Shown piece by piece: positions 9,768 through 18,709 of a stretch of DNA of 64,000 nt (the first letter of the stretch is position 1; every line of letters begins with the position of its first letter). The DNA is from a virus. The stretch lies in IMG/VR virus record IMGVR_UViG_3300037086_000474, positions 32,001 through 96,000 of that record; one strand, written 5' to 3'. The position numbers and the translations under genes are program-made. Below the pieces are notes generated by a model that worked only from the letters and a program-made list of their open reading frames with translations, searched no databases and was not told where the DNA came from.

Positions 9768-9920
9768 ATGAGCGAGGATCAAATTGCAAAGATGCTTCTA
9801 GAGGGAAAGAATTGTGAGACATGTTGGCGTATGGGAGTGGAATGCGGAGAGTCCACTCAAAATATTGATGCCAATTTTGTTTGCAGGAGTTGGGAGGAGA
9901 ATATATTCTTAAAAAAATGA
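9768..9920 (+). CDS. AKxLL-CxxC family miniprotein (not in ORF track)
   Basis: MSEDQIAKMLLEGKNCETC...EC...VCRSWEE. Confidence 0.75.
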   Translation: MSEDQIAKMLLEGKNCETCWRMGVECGESTQNIDANFVCRSWEENIFLKK

Positions 9921-10114
9921 CTGAGGATAAAATCGCCAAAAATCTTCTTGCCAATAAAACGTGTGACACTTGCATGTCATTAGAATGCTCTCGTCATGAT
10001 CACACGGCCGACGACACTTGTGAAAGATGGAGAGGGTCTAGTTGGCAGAAGACATTGCCAAGAAATGGCTTGATGGAACCCTTAGTAGAAGGACCACTTG
10101 GAAAAATCTATTGA
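9917..10114 (+). CDS. AKxLL-CxxC family miniprotein
   Basis: MTEDKIAKNLLANKTCDTC..EC...TCERW; ATGA overlap. Confidence 0.75.
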   Translation: MTEDKIAKNLLANKTCDTCMSLECSRHDHTADDTCERWRGSSWQKTLPRNGLMEPLVEGPLGKIY

Positions 10115-10268
10115 ACCTTACAAACTTGCTAAGATCCTTCTTTTGATGGATGAGAGATCTTGTAAAAACTGCACTAGCGCAGATTGCGGAGCTAACCAAT
10201 ATGAGCCTTTTCTTCAGCAATTTGGAGACTATTTATGTGAAAACTGGGAAAATTTCGACACACCGTGA
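10098..10268 (+). CDS. AKxLL-CxxC family miniprotein (TTG start; not in ORF track)
   Basis: KLAKILLLMDERSCKNC..DC...LCENWE; SD gaagga. Confidence 0.65.
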   Translation: MEKSIEPYKLAKILLLMDERSCKNCTSADCGANQYEPFLQQFGDYLCENWENFDTP

Positions 10269-10269
10269 T

Positions 10270-10298
10270 TTTAGAGCAAATGGACAATAAGTTAGAAT
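10270..10298 (+). promoter_or_regulatory. Sigma70-like promoter of CCA N-half, leaderless
   Basis: TTTAGA-N17-TAGAAT-atgatc-ATG(10305). Confidence 0.8.
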
Positions 10299-10304
10299 AT
10301 GATC

Positions 10305-11057
10305 ATGTTGGAAACCTCTAAAAAGGTGATTGAGACTCTTCGCAAAGCAGGATTTGAAGCCCTGGTCGCTGGTGGAGCGGTCCGGGACATGGTCATGGGT
10401 CTCCAGCCAAAAGATGTAGACATCGCCTCAGATGCCAGTGTGGAAGATATCAAGAAACTCTTCAAAACCATTCCTGTTGGAGAGAGTTTTGGAGTTTGTA
10501 TCGTTCTGGTAGATGGGCATTCCTTCGAAATTGCGCGTTTCCGCGCGGACGGTGAGTATCTGGATGGAAGACGCCCTTCATCCGTGGAGTTTAGCTCGAT
10601 GGAGGAGGATGCGAAAAGGCGCGATCTCACCGTGAATGGTCTTTTCTGGGATCCCACTTCCGACAAGGTGATCGACTTCGTGGGTGGAATGGAAGACATC
10701 AAGGCGGGAAGAATCCGCTTCATTGGCAATGCTCAGTCTCGTATCGACGAGGATCGGCTGAGGATGCTGAGGGCGGTTCGCTTTGCGCTGAAACTGGGGT
10801 TCAAATTCGATCAGAAGGATTTCGAGGTGGTGAAGAGCAACGCGCATCGTATCCACGACATTTCTGCCGAGAGGATCCGCGAGGAGCTGAACAAGATGCT
10901 GCGCATTGGAAAACCTCGTCAGATGCTGGAGATGCTGCGAGACACTGGTCTCCTGAAGGAGATTCTGCCTGAAGTCATGAAGATGATCGACTGTGGTCAG
11001 AATCCCAAGTGGCATCCGGAGGGAGCCCGGGTCCAGAAAATCATTTACATAGATTGA
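10305..11057 (+). CDS. cca: CCA tRNA nucleotidyltransferase, N-terminal half (catalytic head/neck)
   Basis: GGAVRD..KDVDIA, FRADGEYLDGRRP loop, RRDLTVN, EDRLRMLR, SAERIREEL; ends WHPEG+ARVQKIIYID. Confidence 0.9.
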   Translation: MLETSKKVIETLRKAGFEALVAGGAVRDMVMGLQPKDVDIASDASVEDIKKLFKTIPVGESFGVCIVLVDGHSFEIARFRADGEYLDGRRPSSVEFSSMEEDAKRRDLTVNGLFWDPTSDKVIDFVGGMEDIKAGRIRFIGNAQSRIDEDRLRMLRAVRFALKLGFKFDQKDFEVVKSNAHRIHDISAERIREELNKMLRIGKPRQMLEMLRDTGLLKEILPEVMKMIDCGQNPKWHPEGARVQKIIYID

Positions 11058-11063
11058 AAGTAG

Positions 11064-11092
11064 AAACCCCTCGAAAGAGGGGTTTTTTGTTT
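11064..11092 (+). terminator. Rho-independent terminator after CCA N-half
   Basis: aaacccctc-gaaa-gaggggttt plus T tract; stem core identical to 7416 hairpin. Confidence 0.85.
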
Positions 11093-11183
11093 CTTTAATA
11101 AAAGTTATATTTCCGTTTTTCATCATCCATGTCCCTGTTCTAAGATAATACTGAATGCATTCATTTCTATAGGAGGACACAAC

Positions 11184-11564
11184 ATGTCTAGATCTCGTCA
11201 CAGTAGAGAGTTTCAACTCGTTCGCAGTGTTCAAGCAGAAATCATCGTGCTCAAGCAGCAAGTTCTTGATCTGCAGGACAGAGTGGCAGCATTGGATGGT
11301 GCACCAGCACCAACTCCAATCATTCCACCCGTAGTAGATCCAGTAACTCAACCACCTGTTGATCCAGATGTTCATCAGGATCCACCACCACCCGTTGTTC
11401 CTATTACTCCAGTTCCAGAACCAGCACCAACTCCTGATCCGACACCAGTTCCAGCTCCTGATGCTCCTGCCCCTGCGCAAGCTCCAGATCAGCCAGCACC
11501 TGCACCAGCAGTTGATCCAAATGCTCCTGTCCCTCCATCAACTGCAGCTCGCAGAATGAACTAG
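11184..11564 (+). CDS. Coiled-coil + proline-rich protein inserted between the CCA halves
   Basis: RBS aggagg, upstream AAGATAA (11142), A/T-ending codons unlike flanks. Confidence 0.7.
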   Translation: MSRSRHSREFQLVRSVQAEIIVLKQQVLDLQDRVAALDGAPAPTPIIPPVVDPVTQPPVDPDVHQDPPPPVVPITPVPEPAPTPDPTPVPAPDAPAPAQAPDQPAPAPAVDPNAPVPPSTAARRMN

Positions 11565-11587
11565 AAACTAGAGATCACAAGCATAAT

Positions 11588-11611
11588 ATGGGGCCGAAAG
11601 GCCCCATTTTT
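11588..11611 (+). terminator. Rho-independent terminator
   Basis: atggggcc-gaaa-ggccccat plus TTTT. Confidence 0.85.
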
Positions 11612-11637
11612 AGAGCCCATAGCATATATGATAAGAT
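11609..11637 (+). promoter_or_regulatory. Sigma70-like promoter of CCA C-half, leaderless
   Basis: TTTAGA-N17-TAAGAT-atgttc-ATG(11644); -10 box also contains the AAGATA motif. Confidence 0.8.
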
Positions 11638-11643
11638 ATGTTC

Positions 11644-12354
11644 ATGAATGACGAACTGCTGATCAATGGACGCAAAGCAATCCTTGGACCCGTGGAGCCC
11701 TACGATCAGCACAACCCTGATCACAATGACCCTACCAAATATGTCCTCACTCCTGGAGATGTGTGGGAGCACACCATCCGTGTCATGGAGGGGATGGTTG
11801 AGCTGGGCAAGAAGGATGACGATGTGATGATGTGGTCCGTTCTGCTGCACGATGTTGGAAAGCCCGTTGTTTCCACTATTGAGAACGGTGTCATCAGGTC
11901 GAAGGGGCACTCTAAAGCTGGTGCGGAGATCACTGAGGATATTCTGACCAGGCTGAAGTTCTCCAATGACTTCATTGAGTCTGTTCGTGAGATTGTGTAT
12001 GCTCACATGATCCCCTTTGATGTTGATAGGATGAAGAAGTCCACTCTGAGGAAGTTCCTGGCGAGGAAGGACATCGAAGGCCTGATCAACATTGGAATGG
12101 CGGATTGTATGGGAACTGAGGGAAACTCCGAGTTCATTCTGGAGTGGAAGGGTTTCATTGACAAGAAGAGGGAGGAATTCAAGGCTCAGGAACTGCTGCC
12201 CAGGCCCTTCATCACCGGTCGGGATCTGATCGAGCTGGGAATGAGTCCTGGACCCACCTTCAAGAAAATTCTGGGAGAGGTCTTCGACAAGCAGCTGGAA
12301 GGAGAGCTGATCAGCAAAGAGGATGCGATCCATTACGTGAAGAGTAATTATTAG
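11644..12354 (+). CDS. cca: CCA tRNA nucleotidyltransferase, C-terminal half (HD phosphohydrolase + tail)
   Basis: GDVWEHT, LLHDVGK, GHSKAGA, YAHM, ADC, tail ITGRDLIELGMSPGPTFKKIL. Confidence 0.9.
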   Translation: MNDELLINGRKAILGPVEPYDQHNPDHNDPTKYVLTPGDVWEHTIRVMEGMVELGKKDDDVMMWSVLLHDVGKPVVSTIENGVIRSKGHSKAGAEITEDILTRLKFSNDFIESVREIVYAHMIPFDVDRMKKSTLRKFLARKDIEGLINIGMADCMGTEGNSEFILEWKGFIDKKREEFKAQELLPRPFITGRDLIELGMSPGPTFKKILGEVFDKQLEGELISKEDAIHYVKSNY

Positions 12355-12397
12355 AAAAAGCGCAGTGGATTGAAATTGTACCGCATTATTGAAAACC

Positions 12398-12426
12398 AAG
12401 GCCGCTGAAAAGCGGCCTTCTCTTTT
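12398..12426 (+). terminator. Rho-independent terminator
   Basis: aaggccgct-gaaa-agcggcctt plus T-rich tail. Confidence 0.8.
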
Positions 12427-12501
12427 ATCAGTCTGCCATAGCATTTCTCCTAAGCCGCCCGAAAGATAAACAAAACACTACTTTCTCAAATGGGGGAAAC
12501 T

Positions 12502-14064
12502 ATGGCCGTAGATACACTAATTCTTCTTAATGGAAGTACGGGACAACTTGTCATTCCTGATCTTGGAATAGAACTTCCTGCAGGAGATGATCTTGATCTT
12601 CTACAATCATCAGAGGACGAACAACTTTTAGAATCTACTGATCTTTCTACCGCCATGGGAGTTACCGGCGTTACGGTGAAGCTCAATGGTGGTTCGGCGA
12701 TGACATACCAGAACGTCATCGATTATCTACAAAAAATTTCTTTCTATTTCAATCTTGATTATGCCTACATTTCTGGAAAAGATTCTGCCACAGATATCAC
12801 TGGAGCAGAACTAGAGAGATTGACTGATGGGAGTGATGTATCTTCATCACCACAGTTGCATAATCACGACACTAGATATTACACACAGACACAACTTTCA
12901 ACTTCTGGACAATCAACCGTAAATTGGGGCAACATTTCTGGTGCTCCATCTTTTGGATCATTGCATTGGAAAGATCCAGCTGATAGAACAAATGCTGGCT
13001 ATGGTTCTGGCACAATGTTACCACTTACTGGAAATGCCATAGATGATGCTAGGATCGTTACTGATGATGGAGATGGCAAGGCTGCACAGTATGTTTGCGT
13101 GGCGATCTCCGGAGCTTGGAATGTTCAATGGATAAAAATAGCCGATGTCGATTGGGGAAATGCCTCTTCAATTGGGGTAACTCCAAATGGTAATCTAGGA
13201 TCATCTAATGTTCAGGCGGCTCTTTATGAACTGCAAGACGACATTGATGGTTTGTCTCTTGATGAGGCATACAACCGTGGATCATTGATCACTGTTGACA
13301 ATACAAATGTTAATTGGAAATTGACAAGTGCAAAGGTTTTTGAAGTAACTGACTCTGGTGGATCGAATGTTATATTTAGCGTGACTGGTGGAACAACCGG
13401 TGGTTCATTCTATTTCAATGGAACTGTGGCATCCACTATTGGAACAACAGCCGCTAATCTCACAATTTCTACAACAACTTCTGGAACCTTGAATATAAGT
13501 TCTTCTGGTACCTTGAATCTAAAAGATCAATACCTTACTTCAGGTATTCCTCTCAGTGAGAGTGGCGTAACAGGATTAGATGCTTATTTCTCTACTCACG
13601 CAACATCAATCATTGGAGCAATCAACTACTTAGCTGAAAATGTGGCTGGTGGAATGACTATAGTTGATGGCCAACTTTATATCTATGATTCGACTAGATC
13701 AAAACATCTCTCAGCCGCAAATATTGAATATGTTTTTGCAGATCTTAGTACTAAGGGAACCTATCTTGCAATTGGCAACGCACAAGCAACAACGATTGGA
13801 TACAAGCTTCCTACAAAAGCTACAATTATAGGAATTACTGCAATTGCAGACACCGCTGCTGATGGACAACAAATAGAAATACGAAAGAATAGTTCTGCAA
13901 CTCCAGTTGCCACATTCACATTTACTTCACAAGCTTATTCATCTTGGACAACTGATGTAGATCTTTTAGCTGGAGATATTCTACAAGCATTCTCCACTTG
14001 GTCAAGTGGAAGTCCAATCAAAAATGTGGTTGTTAGTGTATACGTTCGCTGGCGTACACCTTAA
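12502..14064 (+). CDS. Virion fibre-like protein (N-terminal 'DLGIELP' domain, HNHD motif, C-terminal YD..R.KHLS domain)
   Basis: Shared modules with 15383, 19059, 26743, 28857; AAGATAA at 12463. Confidence 0.65.
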   Translation: MAVDTLILLNGSTGQLVIPDLGIELPAGDDLDLLQSSEDEQLLESTDLSTAMGVTGVTVKLNGGSAMTYQNVIDYLQKISFYFNLDYAYISGKDSATDITGAELERLTDGSDVSSSPQLHNHDTRYYTQTQLSTSGQSTVNWGNISGAPSFGSLHWKDPADRTNAGYGSGTMLPLTGNAIDDARIVTDDGDGKAAQYVCVAISGAWNVQWIKIADVDWGNASSIGVTPNGNLGSSNVQAALYELQDDIDGLSLDEAYNRGSLITVDNTNVNWKLTSAKVFEVTDSGGSNVIFSVTGGTTGGSFYFNGTVASTIGTTAANLTISTTTSGTLNISSSGTLNLKDQYLTSGIPLSESGVTGLDAYFSTHATSIIGAINYLAENVAGGMTIVDGQLYIYDSTRSKHLSAANIEYVFADLSTKGTYLAIGNAQATTIGYKLPTKATIIGITAIADTAADGQQIEIRKNSSATPVATFTFTSQAYSSWTTDVDLLAGDILQAFSTWSSGSPIKNVVVSVYVRWRTP

Positions 14065-14089
14065 TTTTTTGGTAAAAAGAAAAATAAAG

Positions 14090-14290
14090 ATGACGGGGTA
14101 TTGGATAGCTTATGACAAAACAGTGATGGTAGTTGATCAGAATGATTTCAATAGTGGATCTCTTGTGAAGAAGATCATAGCAGATCCAACAGGAGATTGG
14201 AGTGGATCAGTTGGTCAATCACCACATTTGTATAGCGGGCATTTTGTCATCTCACAAGATGAAGTAATAAGATTGATTTTTGGAGATTAG
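14090..14290 (+). CDS. Small protein with C-terminal IF[ED]-type motif
   Basis: Ends QDEVIRLIFGD. Confidence 0.55.
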   Translation: MTGYWIAYDKTVMVVDQNDFNSGSLVKKIIADPTGDWSGSVGQSPHLYSGHFVISQDEVIRLIFGD

Positions 14291-14292
14291 AA

Positions 14293-15381
14293 TTGAGAAA
14301 ATTTGCGTCTGTCACAGATCGATTGATTTTTGAAACTCGTGCAAAGAACCTCACTAAGCTTGGAGAAGAACCAGTTCTTTCAGTGGTAACCGATTTCCCA
14401 CTCGAATTCACGAGAATGGTTTTTAAAGGTCTTCAGCAGGTGTGGGAAATAGATCCAGATGTTGTTGAAACTGCTGTGAGAAAGATGGGTGAAACCATTG
14501 TTGGAAGCTCTCTTTCAAATAGAAACCCTTGGTTTGATAGCAATAACGACAATAGATTTGAATTCAAAGATGGAAAAAGTGGGCACGACATTCAATTCGA
14601 ACTCAATTTTATTGGAAATGAAGCACTGTGGAGCATTAGGATTTCATATGAAAGAGTTCTTGAAAAAAATCGAACTCTTCCGATAAGAATAGGAAGAATA
14701 ACTGCTAATGAAATGATTGCTAATTTCGTTGGTAAAGCAAAACAGATGATGACTGATATGAAACCTAGATATCCAAGGACCGCAGAAGGGGATGAAGCTG
14801 TTGAAAGAGCCGAAAAGGGATTGAAAAAAGAATGGCCTCAAATTATCAACAAGCTTCAGCCATTTGCAATGGCTCATTATTTGTTTTTTGGAGAAGAGCG
14901 CCAGGAAAAAAGAAATGTCCATCGTCTATTCTTGAGACCATCATTTTCAAAACACGGTATTGGTAGTTGGACACGTCATGTAGAAGACGCTCTTTCTTGG
15001 AACGACATCAATAGAAATTGGGGCTTTAATGATCCTCTCAAAGACTTTACTTATTCTTTTCAATTTGAGGCATTGGAAAAAGCATTGCCAGGAATATGGA
15101 AGCGTTTGAGAGCCAACAGTGTTTTGATCATGGGTGGAGGTTTCACTGGAGATTACATTTGGCTCGACACGTCTCCAGCATCAAGATCTGCAAGGCATCC
15201 ATCCTCTAGCAAAAAAGATGATGGTGGTTGGTATTCTTATGGAGAAGTAGAAGAAGACATAGAAAAGAGACTCGACATGCAAATTCAGGGTGCCAAAGAA
15301 AAAGCCAAATCAATGACACTCGAAGAATTCAAACGATTTCTCATAATAAATGCTCTAGACAATGTAAAAGAGGAGAAATAA
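14293..15381 (+). CDS. Hypothetical protein, possible internal head protein
   Basis: 362-aa ORF; leader MRKFASVTDRLIFE resembles T4-type capsid-targeting/cleavage leaders. Confidence 0.5.
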   Translation: MRKFASVTDRLIFETRAKNLTKLGEEPVLSVVTDFPLEFTRMVFKGLQQVWEIDPDVVETAVRKMGETIVGSSLSNRNPWFDSNNDNRFEFKDGKSGHDIQFELNFIGNEALWSIRISYERVLEKNRTLPIRIGRITANEMIANFVGKAKQMMTDMKPRYPRTAEGDEAVERAEKGLKKEWPQIINKLQPFAMAHYLFFGEERQEKRNVHRLFLRPSFSKHGIGSWTRHVEDALSWNDINRNWGFNDPLKDFTYSFQFEALEKALPGIWKRLRANSVLIMGGGFTGDYIWLDTSPASRSARHPSSSKKDDGGWYSYGEVEEDIEKRLDMQIQGAKEKAKSMTLEEFKRFLIINALDNVKEEK

Positions 15382-15382
15382 G

Positions 15383-15904
15383 GTGATAATCCTCTTGACT
15401 AATATTTCAAATGATACTGTCGTCATCAATGACTTGGGAATAGAGCTTCCCACGCAAGTTAGCTTAGACATAAGACCAAGGTATTCTGATGAACAAATAC
15501 TTGGATCTTCTAGTTTAATAGAAGCCATAGATGCCAGGGCATTTTCTTTGGCTGTTGATGGAGTTTCAACCACCTTTCCTCAACTCGTGGTTCTTTTAAC
15601 CTATTTGAATCGAATAAACCATGAAACTTTACCGACCTTAATACATGAAATTAGTCAACCTTCTTTTTATACTGTCACTAGAGACAGCAAAGGATTAGTC
15701 GCAAGTGTTATTGGATACACAGATGAGACTATGGTTCTTAAAGTAAGAGAGGAGATCTACACTAGAATTCCTAATTCTATTGCCATTACTTCAATTACTA
15801 CTCATCAATATAATACAAGTGGAAACATAGTGTCCACTGAAATTAATTATCCAATGAGAGATACAACTAATAAGATTTCCAACTATACGGCTACGAAGTC
15901 ATAG
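15383..15904 (+). CDS. Virion protein with 'INDLGIELP' N-terminal domain
   Basis: N-terminus homologous to 12502; RBS aggag. Confidence 0.55.
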   Translation: MIILLTNISNDTVVINDLGIELPTQVSLDIRPRYSDEQILGSSSLIEAIDARAFSLAVDGVSTTFPQLVVLLTYLNRINHETLPTLIHEISQPSFYTVTRDSKGLVASVIGYTDETMVLKVREEIYTRIPNSIAITSITTHQYNTSGNIVSTEINYPMRDTTNKISNYTATKS

Positions 15905-15916
15905 GAGAATAAGAAA

Positions 15917-16264
15917 ATGGATCTTAATCTATTAGCCACCCAACTTAATGAAGGCATCATGGGTGAGATTTATTACAGAGCAAAAGAGCTCAGAGCTTTA
16001 AAGAATTCTGGGACAGAAATTGTTAACAAAGTCGCACAAGAGTTCAAAAAAGATCCAAAGGATATAGAGAAACTCTTCTTGCCATATGCCATAAAGGATT
16101 TGGCCGATAATTCTGAGATTGATGATAAGAGATTTGAGACGCTGAAGACAAATTACAGAGATCTTTTTGACCAAAGAGAGTTAAAAACTCTTGGTAAGAC
16201 AACATTTGTCAATCGTCTTGTAGATAGGGTTATTGCAAAAGGACAGTGGGCTCAGGTAGAATAA
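15917..16264 (+). CDS. Hypothetical protein
   Basis: RBS aggag, operon continuity; leader ending QLNE. Confidence 0.55.
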   Translation: MDLNLLATQLNEGIMGEIYYRAKELRALKNSGTEIVNKVAQEFKKDPKDIEKLFLPYAIKDLADNSEIDDKRFETLKTNYRDLFDQRELKTLGKTTFVNRLVDRVIAKGQWAQVE

Positions 16265-16563
16265 TGACCTTCGACTATGTTGATAAAAGAACAACAAGCA
16301 AAGGATGCAGAATAGTTGCAAATAAAGCAGAGGGCAAAAATTTTTGGGGCGTGATTAAGGCTGATGGAAGTTTTCTCGTGCCTCTCTTTTTTCACAATAT
16401 AGTCATTGATGAAGATCATGGAAAGAAAGATGTTTTCAGAGTTGATTTAAGCAGAAAGCAAGAAGTTCATTCCTATTGGATTAGAGATGATGGCAAATGG
16501 GTGGATAATGGAAGGGACATGATTAGAGGGCTTTTCAAATTTGTTGGAGGATATGATTACTAA
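16264..16563 (+). CDS. Small protein with C-terminal motif
   Basis: GRDMIRGLFK; TAATG coupling. Confidence 0.6.
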   Translation: MTFDYVDKRTTSKGCRIVANKAEGKNFWGVIKADGSFLVPLFFHNIVIDEDHGKKDVFRVDLSRKQEVHSYWIRDDGKWVDNGRDMIRGLFKFVGGYDY

Positions 16564-16907
16564 TGCCAGAACCTTATCGATATAAAACACAGATTTTTGC
16601 AGTTGACGTTTTGGGAGAACCAGTCCCAAACAAAGTAGATAGATACTCAGAAGAACCAAGCGTTCATGTCAGTTTTGATACTAGAGACACTGAACGATAT
16701 GCAGACCACGTGGCCAAGGCTTATCATAAAGCCAAACGCATCGAGTGGCAAAAATCATATAAAGAACTTATGATGAATAAAAGAGCAGATCAAGCAATTG
16801 CTAGAGGGGTTGCTCTTTCTTCTACCCCCTTTGATGCAGACGAATATGAAAAGAGATATGGTGCAAATCTTGTAAGGACTACTGCCGTTCCCAAGGATGC
16901 TATGTAA
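16563..16907 (+). CDS. Hypothetical protein
   Basis: TAATG coupling, RBS ggagg. Confidence 0.55.
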   Translation: MPEPYRYKTQIFAVDVLGEPVPNKVDRYSEEPSVHVSFDTRDTERYADHVAKAYHKAKRIEWQKSYKELMMNKRADQAIARGVALSSTPFDADEYEKRYGANLVRTTAVPKDAM

Positions 16908-16909
16908 AG

Positions 16910-17194
16910 ATGATTAGTCTTGAGAATGTAATTGAAACATACAGAAACAAAGGCAAAGACTATCGCTCATTTGAATATCTCGGTCTAGAGACAGATTGCT
17001 CATATAAGGGATATCAACATGAGTGGGAATGTAGAGTGGGTGGCATAATAGATATGCGAGGTCGATATAGTCCATATTATTTTACAATAAAAAGACTAAC
17101 AATAAAGGCATTGGCAGAGGCGCTTGAGAATATGTTTAGGAGAAATGAAGTCAAGAAACTTTTTTTTGATAAAATTTTTGAGGTTGCTAGATGA
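16910..17194 (+). CDS. Small protein with C-terminal motif
   Basis: KKLFFDKIFE. Confidence 0.6.
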   Translation: MISLENVIETYRNKGKDYRSFEYLGLETDCSYKGYQHEWECRVGGIIDMRGRYSPYYFTIKRLTIKALAEALENMFRRNEVKKLFFDKIFEVAR

Positions 17195-17466
17195 TCAAAC
17201 TGTACACTTGGTGCTTTTATACTCCAGATGGAACTCGTACTTATTTTTTCAGTCTCAATGAAGAAAAGACTGTTGGAAAGGGGATTACATTTCCAAAATG
17301 GGCTGAGAAACCTATCTATCAATGGGATGCAATAGCTCACAAAGAAGATCCTGAAAACTGGGTTAATGCCCACAAGCCAAAGGAATTTTCTAGAAAAGTA
17401 ATTAGCTTTATTTTTGAAGACACTGCTTATGTCAAAAAGGTATGGGACCCATTCGATGAGTACTGA
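17191..17466 (+). CDS. Small protein with C-terminal motif
   Basis: SRKVISFIFED. Confidence 0.6.
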   Translation: MIKLYTWCFYTPDGTRTYFFSLNEEKTVGKGITFPKWAEKPIYQWDAIAHKEDPENWVNAHKPKEFSRKVISFIFEDTAYVKKVWDPFDEY

Positions 17467-17815
17467 TGTAGAAACAGGACAATGGATGACACGACAAATA
17501 GGAGCTCCTGGAACACACCTGGAACTATTTTTCTCTCTTGGTGACGCACACATCAAGAGCTTTATGAGAGGTGGTTGGATGGACGCAATACAGTGTGGAT
17601 CGATTGGAAACAACTATCTTAGACAACTGACTTGCACTTTGTATGAAACATCTAAACATCTCAGGAGAACAGCTATTCAATATGCTTCAAAACCAAGGCT
17701 TCTAACTCCAAAAGAACTGAGACTAGTGAAGAAAGAAATAAAAGAATGGGAAGAAGGCCCAAGACAGATATTTATGAAGTGTATTTTTGAAAATCCAAAT
17801 TCGAGAGTTCGATAA
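17456..17815 (+). CDS. Small protein with C-terminal motif, paralog of 17815
   Basis: WMDAIQCGSIG; RQIFMKCIFEN. Confidence 0.6.
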   Translation: MSTDVETGQWMTRQIGAPGTHLELFFSLGDAHIKSFMRGGWMDAIQCGSIGNNYLRQLTCTLYETSKHLRRTAIQYASKPRLLTPKELRLVKKEIKEWEEGPRQIFMKCIFENPNSRVR

Positions 17816-18147
17816 TGGAAGGCAAGTGGATAACGAGAGACGAAGGTGGTGACGATCGTTTGCTCTACTTTTGCATAAGTGGTGGACATGTTGATGATGC
17901 GCACGACGGATGGTTTGAAGCAATAAAATGTGGAAGTTTTGGGACCAATATAAATGGCAAAGACTTTTGTTTGATTTACGATAGTCCTGATGGTATGTGG
18001 AAAACAGGCATATGGGATCAATCGGATCCAAAATATTTAAATGCGAATGAAGAAAAACTCTTCAAAGCAGCATTCAAAAGATGGGGAAAAACTGGTCGAA
18101 GATTGTTTGTGAAAATATTTTTCGAGGATATGAAATGGAAGAAGTAA
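17815..18147 (+). CDS. Small protein with C-terminal motif, paralog of 17456
   Basis: WFEAIKCGSFG; RRLFVKIFFED. Confidence 0.6.
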   Translation: MEGKWITRDEGGDDRLLYFCISGGHVDDAHDGWFEAIKCGSFGTNINGKDFCLIYDSPDGMWKTGIWDQSDPKYLNANEEKLFKAAFKRWGKTGRRLFVKIFFEDMKWKK

Positions 18148-18368
18148 AGCAAGAATGCGATGAACTCAAAGAGTTCTTAGACGTAGAAAGAAGAATTATT
18201 CTCAAACACATTGACAGCCACAAATGGTTCAATGGCATTGCTGATAAAAATGAAGCCATTGCAGACTTCATTTCCCGTTATGCATGGCTTATCCGGGAAA
18301 CTTACTGCATGAGCATTTGTGGCAATAGCAAGAATTGTGCTGTTTTGGATAGCTTGGAAGAAAAATGA
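18135..18368 (+). CDS. Small Cys/His-containing hypothetical protein
   Basis: RBS gagga; HIDSHKWF...YCMSICGNSKNC. Confidence 0.55.
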   Translation: MEEVKQECDELKEFLDVERRIILKHIDSHKWFNGIADKNEAIADFISRYAWLIRETYCMSICGNSKNCAVLDSLEEK

Positions 18369-18709
18369 AATCAGATACTAAGTTTAGAATTGGTGCCACA
18401 GTCTATTGGGCTGAAATAGATAATGCTAATTTATCACATCAGCCTGACGGTGTCAATCTTTTTAGTGGAACTGTAATTGAAGACAAGATGAGTCAGGACA
18501 GTCCATATATCAAATTCAAAGAGATACTTTACCACGTTGGAAAATACACTTATGCTGGTGAAGGACGAAAATTGGATCCAGTACATCAAAATGCTAGGTT
18601 CAGCCTCTATGGATTTATCAACTCAATGCATTATAAGATTTTCAAAAAACTAGAAAAGGCTCAGAAAGATATGATTGTTCGTATCTTTGAAAAAGAAAAA
18701 TGGCTCTAA
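18365..18709 (+). CDS. Small protein with C-terminal motif, paralog of 18700
   Basis: VYWAEIDN..PDGVNLFSG; QKDMIVRIFEK. Confidence 0.6.
   Translation: MKSDTKFRIGATVYWAEIDNANLSHQPDGVNLFSGTVIEDKMSQDSPYIKFKEILYHVGKYTYAGEGRKLDPVHQNARFSLYGFINSMHYKIFKKLEKAQKDMIVRIFEKEKWL

Noticed and set aside
11022-11757. T4 gene 60-style ribosomal bypass between matching GGA codons (11022 and 11755)
   Set aside because: Gap is 733 nt with two terminators and a separate gene, no stop follows the take-off codon, and the C-half has its own promoter. Noted as a coincidence that mass spectrometry could still test.
11025-11757. Split intein or group I/II intron in cca
   Set aside because: Arms total under 50 aa with no Cys/Ser start, no terminal His-Asn and Asp at +1. 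No intron core structure or maturase was recognisable.
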